DNA of 64,000 nucleotides from Victivallales bacterium (GTDB lineage Bacteria; Verrucomicrobiota; Lentisphaeria; Victivallales; UBA1829): NCBI GenBank assembly GCA_045639325.1, contig JAZUCU010000002.1, positions 21,287 to 85,286 of the forward strand, read 5' to 3'. Shown piece by piece: positions 57,945 to 64,000 of this stretch (position 1 is its first letter; each line of letters starts with the position of its first letter). The notes under the pieces were generated by a model. It saw only the letters and a program-made list of their open reading frames with translations, ran no database searches and was not told where the DNA came from. The position numbers and the translations under genes were made by a program.

Positions 57945-59237
57945 ATGACTCTTATGAGCGAAAATATGAATCAAAATCCTGCCGATCTGCAGAAAGCGAT
58001 GCTTGAGATCGGAGAACAGGCAAAAGCGGCAGCCCGTGTTCTGGCAACTGCAACGACTGCGGATAAAAATAATTGGCTCAATGCAATGGCGGATGCGCTC
58101 GATTCCTCCACGGATGCCATTATCAATGCCAATAAGATCGATATGGAAAACGGAAAGAAAAATGGCCTTTCTGATGCCATGCTCGACCGTCTGCTTTTGA
58201 CTCCGGAACGTATTCATGCTATCGCAGATGCCGTCCGCCATGTTGTGACGCTTGACGATCCGGCGGGCAAGGTCCTTTCTACAACAACACGTCCCAATGG
58301 TTTGCGTATTGATAAAGTTTCCGTGCCCATCGGTGTGATCGGAATCATCTACGAATCCCGCCCGAATGTTACGGTGGATGCCGCCACCTTGTGCTTGAAA
58401 GCCGGTAATGCAGTCATTCTCCGCGGTGGTTCGGAAGCGATCCATTCCAATCTGGCATTGGCAGAATGTATTTCCAAAGCAGCGATTGCCAAAGGTATGC
58501 CCGTTGGTGCGGTTCAGGTATTGCCCTGGACAACCCGCGAAGCCGTTGGCATCATGCTGAAAATGGATAATTATCTGAATTTGATCATTCCCCGGGGCGG
58601 TGAACGTTTGATCCGTACCGTGGTGGAACAGAGCACCATTCCGGTAATCAAACATTATAAAGGTGTTTGCCACATTTTTGTGGATAAAGTGTGTGATTTT
58701 GACCGTGCGCTGGAAATCATCGAGAACGCAAAATGTCAACGTCCCGGCGTTTGCAATGCGCTGGAAACGTTGTTGATCCATAAAGATGCAGCGGCGGAAT
58801 TTCTCCCCCGTATTGTGAAACATCTCCGTGACCGCAAAGTGGAATTGCGCGGCTGTGCAGAATGTTGCAAACTGGCAGGGAATGATGTCGTTGCCGCAAG
58901 CGAAGATGATTGGTATGCGGAATATCTGACATTGATCCTGGCAGTACGTATTGTGGATGACGTGAATGCAGCAATGGATCATATCAATCATTATGGTTCC
59001 GGCCACAGTGATTGTATTCTTACGACGGACATGGAAACGGCTGAACTCTTCCTCAATGGGGTCGATTCTTCTTCCGTCTATGTCAATGCATCGACCCGGT
59101 TTACCGATGGCGGCGAATTCGGCATGGGTGCAGAAATCGGAATCAGTACGGATAAACTTCATGCCCGCGGGCCGATGGGGTTGCCGGAACTGACAACATA
59201 CAAATACAAAGTATACGGAAGCGGACAGATCCGCTGA
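57945..59237 (+). CDS. proA: Gamma-glutamyl phosphate reductase
   Basis: IIYESRPNVT, LRGGSEA, CNALET, VNASTRFTDGGEFG, HARGPMG. Confidence 0.97.
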   Translation: MTLMSENMNQNPADLQKAMLEIGEQAKAAARVLATATTADKNNWLNAMADALDSSTDAIINANKIDMENGKKNGLSDAMLDRLLLTPERIHAIADAVRHVVTLDDPAGKVLSTTTRPNGLRIDKVSVPIGVIGIIYESRPNVTVDAATLCLKAGNAVILRGGSEAIHSNLALAECISKAAIAKGMPVGAVQVLPWTTREAVGIMLKMDNYLNLIIPRGGERLIRTVVEQSTIPVIKHYKGVCHIFVDKVCDFDRALEIIENAKCQRPGVCNALETLLIHKDAAAEFLPRIVKHLRDRKVELRGCAECCKLAGNDVVAASEDDWYAEYLTLILAVRIVDDVNAAMDHINHYGSGHSDCILTTDMETAELFLNGVDSSSVYVNASTRFTDGGEFGMGAEIGISTDKLHARGPMGLPELTTYKYKVYGSGQIR

Positions 59238-59291
59238 GAGTTTTTTATAAGTAGTAATGATATAAAGCAAGATCAAGGCGAAGTAGTATTT

Positions 59292-60608
59292 ATGACACGC
59301 AAGACCGCCGCAGTCCTTACGTTGGGATGCCGATTGAATCAGGCAGATTCTGCACTTTTATCGGGCAGACTTCAGCGTATGGGGTTCGAAATCGTGGATG
59401 CCAATGCATCCGTCAGTCCCAATGTTATTGTTGTTAACTCCTGTGCAGTTACAGCAGTGGCAATGAAAAAATCACTTCAGGCATTACGGAGTATCCGTGC
59501 TGAAAATCCGCAGTCGTTTCTGGTATTTACGGGTTGCGGCGCTGAAGTGGCGGAAAAAACATTAAAGAACAGTGATCTGGCAGATCTTCTGATCCTGAAT
59601 GAGAAAAAACGGGATCTGGAATATTTGCTGCCGCGTCACCTGGCATATCTGGAGTTGACTTCCAAACAAGGCAATGATCAGCCGGATGATATGACGGTAT
59701 TCCGTGAAAATGTGAATTCCCTTTTCCCGTTCCGCAGTCGTGCCACATTGAAAATTCAGGATGGCTGTTCCAACTCCTGCTCTTATTGTATCGTGCCGAA
59801 ACTGCGCGGTCCGGAACGGAGTCGTGATTTTGCAGAAACGCTGGCGGACTTCCGTAATATGGTCGAACAGGGCTTCCAGGAAATTGTACTGTCCGGAGTC
59901 AATCTCTGTTCTTATCACTGCGGAAAAGAAAACCTTGCCACCCTGCTCCGTGCCTTCCTGGAAGTACCGGGCAACTGGCGTATCCGCCTTGGTTCCCTGG
60001 AACCGGGCAAAGTCCTGCCGGAAGTTTTGAAAGTGATGGCGGAATCCGGAAACCGTATTTGCCATTTTCTGCACATGCCGCTGCAGCATGGTGCGGATAC
60101 CATTCTGCAGGCAATGAATCGTCATTGTTTCACTGCGGAATATGCGGAATATGTCAAACTGGCTCGTGAACTGATGCCGGATATTCACATTGGCACAGAC
60201 CTGATTGTTGGCTTCCCCGGCGAAACGGAAAAACTCTTTGAAGAATCCTTCGAATTCATCAAGAGCATGAATTTTGCCAATATTCATGTATTTCCCTTCT
60301 CTCCCCGCCCGGGTACGGCTGCGGAATCCATGCAGATCAACAGTACTCGCGAACAGGTGGAAGCCCGCCTTGAAAAGCTCAAGGAATACAAAACAGCAGC
60401 TGCCGCCGACTTTATTAAAGCCCAGGTTGGAAAAACGGAAGATGTATTGGTCGAACTTCGCCGCAGTCCTGAATTATGGGAAGGCTGGTCCGGCAATTAT
60501 ATCAAGACCCGTATTGCCTGCAAAGAAGATCTTTCCCGCAAGCTGGTGAAAGTCCGTTTTGCAAAAGTGTTGAGCACTGGAGAAATGGCATCCTATCCGG
60601 CGGAATAA
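59292..60608 (+). CDS. mtaB: tRNA t6A methylthiotransferase
   Basis: LGCRLNQADS, NSCAVT, QDGCSNSCSYC, VFPFSPRPGT, TRAM-like tail. Confidence 0.88.
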   Translation: MTRKTAAVLTLGCRLNQADSALLSGRLQRMGFEIVDANASVSPNVIVVNSCAVTAVAMKKSLQALRSIRAENPQSFLVFTGCGAEVAEKTLKNSDLADLLILNEKKRDLEYLLPRHLAYLELTSKQGNDQPDDMTVFRENVNSLFPFRSRATLKIQDGCSNSCSYCIVPKLRGPERSRDFAETLADFRNMVEQGFQEIVLSGVNLCSYHCGKENLATLLRAFLEVPGNWRIRLGSLEPGKVLPEVLKVMAESGNRICHFLHMPLQHGADTILQAMNRHCFTAEYAEYVKLARELMPDIHIGTDLIVGFPGETEKLFEESFEFIKSMNFANIHVFPFSPRPGTAAESMQINSTREQVEARLEKLKEYKTAAAADFIKAQVGKTEDVLVELRRSPELWEGWSGNYIKTRIACKEDLSRKLVKVRFAKVLSTGEMASYPAE

Positions 60609-60624
60609 AAACAGCCGCAAAAAT

Positions 60625-60678
60625 AGAAAGAAACGCTGAATCGATTCTGTTACAGGAATTGATCCGGCGTTTTTTTTA
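60625..60678 (+). terminator. Intrinsic terminator after mtaB
   Basis: aacgctgaatcgattctg/caggaattgatccggcgtt followed by a T run. Confidence 0.6.
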
Positions 60679-60977
60679 TCAAAAAAATTCACATAATCCA
60701 ACCTGATATTCACAAAAAAAATGCAGGTTTTATCAAAATAAATTTTCAAAATTGATGAAAAACCCTAAAAAAAGCACTTTTTTTTGAAAAAAAATGAAAA
60801 AAATCGCATATTTTTGTTTTTAGCTATTGTTTTTTTGATAAAACGTGTCATAATTAACATGGAGTGGCAATTGGTCTTCGGCAAATGAGTCGCAGATTGC
60901 CGTGAAAAACGTTGTTGTCCGGATAAATGTTGTTTTTGGTCTCCGGTCAGTGAAAAAATTAAAGGTTAGACAGTAAA

Positions 60978-61193
60978 ATGGCGGAAAGAGAACGCGGAAA
61001 AGTAAAGTGGTTCAACAATTCTAAAGGCTATGGCTTTATTGAAAGAGCCCAGGGAGATGACATCTTCGTTCATTACAGTGCGATCCAGTCTGAAGGTTAC
61101 CGTTCTTTGAAAGATGGTCAGGCAGTCGAGTACACTGTATCCCAGGGAGCAAAAGGTTTGCAGGCAGAAGAAGTTGTCGCTGTCGAGGACTGA
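60978..61193 (+). CDS. cspA: Cold-shock protein
   Basis: [29 protein letters not shown]. Confidence 0.95.
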   Translation: MAERERGKVKWFNNSKGYGFIERAQGDDIFVHYSAIQSEGYRSLKDGQAVEYTVSQGAKGLQAEEVVAVED

Positions 61194-61226
61194 TGTTCCT
61201 TTTATAATGCCCTCTGAGGCATTGAG

Positions 61227-61268
61227 AAAAAAATACGTGCAGATGAGAAAATCTGTGCGTATTTTTTT
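61227..61268 (+). terminator. Intrinsic terminator after csp
   Basis: atacgtgcagat-gagaaa-atctgtgcgtat followed by a T run. Confidence 0.75.
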
Positions 61269-61426
61269 GTTTTCAGCACAAAAAAGGTTAAAAATTTTCA
61301 AAATTTCTCCTTGAAATCATGACAGGATGATGATATTGTAAAATAAGCAAACGGGATGCCGGGGGGAGTTGTTTCCGTTGAAACAACACGGCGTTACTGT
61401 ATCAAAAAATCAAAAAAGGGGGAAAT

Positions 61427-62842
61427 ATGGAGGGAAAGAAGCTTTCTGTATTTACGGTCACGATGATGATCGTGGCAGCCGTGATCAGTCTCAGAGGTTT
61501 GCCCATGATGGCAAAAGAGGGACTGAGTATGTTGTTTTACGTTTTATTTGCAATCGTGATGTACCTGATTCCGGCATCGCTCGTTTCCGCAGAACTGGGC
61601 AGTGCGTTCAGCGACCGGAACGGCGGGGTGTACACCTGGGTGAAAGAAGCATTCGGCCCGGCATGGGGGTTCACTGCTGTTTGGCTGCAATGGATCCAGA
61701 ACGTAATCTGGTATCCCACCGTGCTCGGATTCGCAGCCGGTTCATTGGCGTACATGGTTGGACAGCAGGAATATGCCCAGAACGGCGTATACAATGGTCT
61801 GGTCATTATCATTTTCTACTGGATCTCCACGTTCCTGGCCATGAAAGGAACAAGTGCGGTCGGCAAAGTTACAAAATACGGGGTATTGCTCGGTACAATC
61901 ATCCCCGGACTTTTGGTGATTATACTCGGGCTCATCTGGTGTTTCCGTGGACTTCCGCTTGAATTCCTGCGCAGTGCATCCGGGGAAGCCTTGCACAGTC
62001 ATCCTACGTTCTTCCCGCACATCTCCGGCATGGGCAGTATTGCCTTCCTTGCGGGTATTATCCTGTTGTTTGCGGGTGTGGAAGTTCAGTCCGTGCTGGT
62101 GAAAGATCTGAATAATCCGGCAAAGAATTTCCCGAAAGCGATTTTTATGGCATCCATCATCATTGTTCTGCTCTTCCTGCTCGGTTCTCTTTCTGTTGCG
62201 GCTGTAGTTCCGGAAGATCAGATCAGTCTGACAGCCGGTTTGATGGAAGCGTTCAACCATATCTTGAATAAATTCTCTCTCGGCTGGCTGGTTCCCATAT
62301 TGGGCTTTCTGACGGCATTCGGTGCCATCGGCGGTGTGATGTCCTGGATCACCGGCCCCAGCAAAGGTTTGCTGAGTACGGCACAGGATGGTGAACTGCC
62401 TGCCATTCTTGCAAAAACAAACAAAGCGGAAGCACCGGTCACATTGTTGATCGTCCAGGCGATTATCGTAACCTTGCTTGCCTGCCTGTATTTCGTCATG
62501 GATAACGTCAGTGTTGCATTCTTCGTATTGACAGCCATGACTGCGACCCTGTATCTGGTGATGTACATGCTGATGTATGCAGCCGGGCTGCGTTTGCGGT
62601 ATACCCGCCCGGATCTGCCCCGTACTTATAAGATCCCCGGAGGGATGGGTGTTATGTGGCTGATTACACTGGTTGGTCTGGCGGGCGTATTATTTTCCTG
62701 CATTGCGGGCTTTTTCCCGCCCTCCAACCTGCCGGTGGGGAATCCTGCGCTGTATGTAATTCTGGTTGCAGGTGGTTTGATTCTGTTTACAGGTACGCCA
62801 TTGGTGATACATTGTATCATGATGCAGCGTAAGAAACAATAA
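61427..62842 (+). CDS. gadC: APC family glutamate/GABA antiporter
   Basis: ISLRGLP, AELGS, FAGVE, ITGPSKG, RPDLPRTYKIPGG. Directly upstream of the decarboxylase. Confidence 0.85.
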   Translation: MEGKKLSVFTVTMMIVAAVISLRGLPMMAKEGLSMLFYVLFAIVMYLIPASLVSAELGSAFSDRNGGVYTWVKEAFGPAWGFTAVWLQWIQNVIWYPTVLGFAAGSLAYMVGQQEYAQNGVYNGLVIIIFYWISTFLAMKGTSAVGKVTKYGVLLGTIIPGLLVIILGLIWCFRGLPLEFLRSASGEALHSHPTFFPHISGMGSIAFLAGIILLFAGVEVQSVLVKDLNNPAKNFPKAIFMASIIIVLLFLLGSLSVAAVVPEDQISLTAGLMEAFNHILNKFSLGWLVPILGFLTAFGAIGGVMSWITGPSKGLLSTAQDGELPAILAKTNKAEAPVTLLIVQAIIVTLLACLYFVMDNVSVAFFVLTAMTATLYLVMYMLMYAAGLRLRYTRPDLPRTYKIPGGMGVMWLITLVGLAGVLFSCIAGFFPPSNLPVGNPALYVILVAGGLILFTGTPLVIHCIMMQRKKQ

Positions 62843-62869
62843 AAGAATATGAAAAAAAGGAGGGTAACT

Positions 62870-64000
62870 ATGGGATTACACAAACGTTTTCCGGTAGCAC
62901 ATGGGGAACATGATGATGTTTACGCGTCATTGGAATTGCAGCAGCCTGCGGAGAAATATGTTTTCCCCGAAAAAGAAAGCAACGGCGCCAATATTCTTCA
63001 AATGGTCCGTGATGAATTGATGCTGGATGGCAATGCACGTTTGAATCTTGCAACATTCTGTTCAACTTATGAAGATCCGAACGTGTTGACTCTGATGAAT
63101 GAATGTATCAGTAAAAACATGATCGACAAGGATGAATATCCCCAGACCGCTGAACTGGAACGCCGCTGTGTTCACATGCTCGCGGATTTGTGGAATGCTC
63201 CGGATAATACAACTGCTGCCGGTTGTTCCACCACCGGATCAAGCGAAGCTGCCATGCTCGGCGGTCTTGCCATGAAATACCGCTGGCTGGCGGCAATGAA
63301 GAAAAAAGGGAAGACTCCCGGCAAACCGAATCTTGTCACCGGCCCCGTGCAGGTCTGCTGGGAGAAATTTGCCCGTTACTGGGATGTGGAATTGCGGGAA
63401 ATTCCGATGAGTGATGGTCACACAACATCCACTCCGGAACAGGTGGTTGCTCATTGCGATGAAAACACCATCGGTGTTGTTCAGACATTGGGCACAACAT
63501 TTACTCTGGAATATGAACAAGTGGCTAAAACCGCGGATGCATTGGATGATTTGGAAAAAGAAAAAGGTCTGGATATTCCGATTCACGTGGATGGCGCAAG
63601 CGGCGGCTTCCTGGCTCCGTTCGTCCGTCCGGATTTGAAGTGGGACTTCCGGATCAAACGTGTTCACTCCATCAACTCATCCGGTCACAAATTCGGTCTT
63701 GCGCCGTTAGGTGCCGGCTGGGTTCTCTGGCGTGACATGGCATCTCTGCCGGAAAAATTGATCTTCTACGTCAATTATCTGGGTGGTAATATGCCGACAT
63801 TTGCCCTGAACTTCTCACGTCCGGGCGGTCAGATTGTGGCACAGTACTATCATTTTCTGCGTCTTGGCAGAGAAGGCTACGCAAAAGTTCAGAAGGCGTG
63901 TTACGATGCCGGTTTGTTCTTTGCTGAAAAACTGCAACATTTCGGAATCTTTGATATTATTTCCTGCGGGAAAGATTACATGGGCGTCCCCGGTGTCTGT
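62870..64000 (+). CDS. gadB: Glutamate decarboxylase, partial (runs off the window end; not in the ORF track)
   Basis: [45 protein letters not shown] lysine SGHKFG. SD AGGAGG before ATG 62870. Confidence 0.95.
   Translation, partial: MGLHKRFPVAHGEHDDVYASLELQQPAEKYVFPEKESNGANILQMVRDELMLDGNARLNLATFCSTYEDPNVLTLMNECISKNMIDKDEYPQTAELERRCVHMLADLWNAPDNTTAAGCSTTGSSEAAMLGGLAMKYRWLAAMKKKGKTPGKPNLVTGPVQVCWEKFARYWDVELREIPMSDGHTTSTPEQVVAHCDENTIGVVQTLGTTFTLEYEQVAKTADALDDLEKEKGLDIPIHVDGASGGFLAPFVRPDLKWDFRIKRVHSINSSGHKFGLAPLGAGWVLWRDMASLPEKLIFYVNYLGGNMPTFALNFSRPGGQIVAQYYHFLRLGREGYAKVQKACYDAGLFFAEKLQHFGIFDIISCGKDYMGVPGVC

Overview
Bacterial chromosome segment that spans the replication terminus. The host is probably a gut or rumen Lentisphaerota (Victivallales-like) anaerobe; this is inferred from gene content and has not been tested. 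A canonical XerCD dif site lies at 12700-12727, and KOPS motifs switch strand across it. An AT-rich 8,910-bp filamentous prophage (inovirus) is integrated at dif. It carries SSB-like, Rep_trans, major coat, pIII-, pVI-, Zot/pI- and secretin/pIV-like genes and no integrase. Its junctions match CTXphi-type XerC-only capture of a folded single-stranded attP, and it is bracketed by a 135-bp direct repeat that could allow release of a unit-length circle. Two dispersed AIDA-like beta-helix repeat genes (<1-2158 on -, 55636-57792 on +) share a near-identical 82-bp promoter/leader and have five hypervariable codons per 19-aa turn. A 1,780-aa RTX-tailed surface protein and a trimeric [FeFe]-hydrogenase operon (hydCBA) are also present. 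The rest is housekeeping: purA, rodA, pilD, nadE, mutL, holA, adk-map-infA, queC/E/F, argJB, rlhA, aroF, hisS, HU/IHF, pgi, proA, mtaB, cspA, gadC-gadB. No rRNA, tRNA or CRISPR array was seen. All calls come from reading motifs by eye; no database searches were run.
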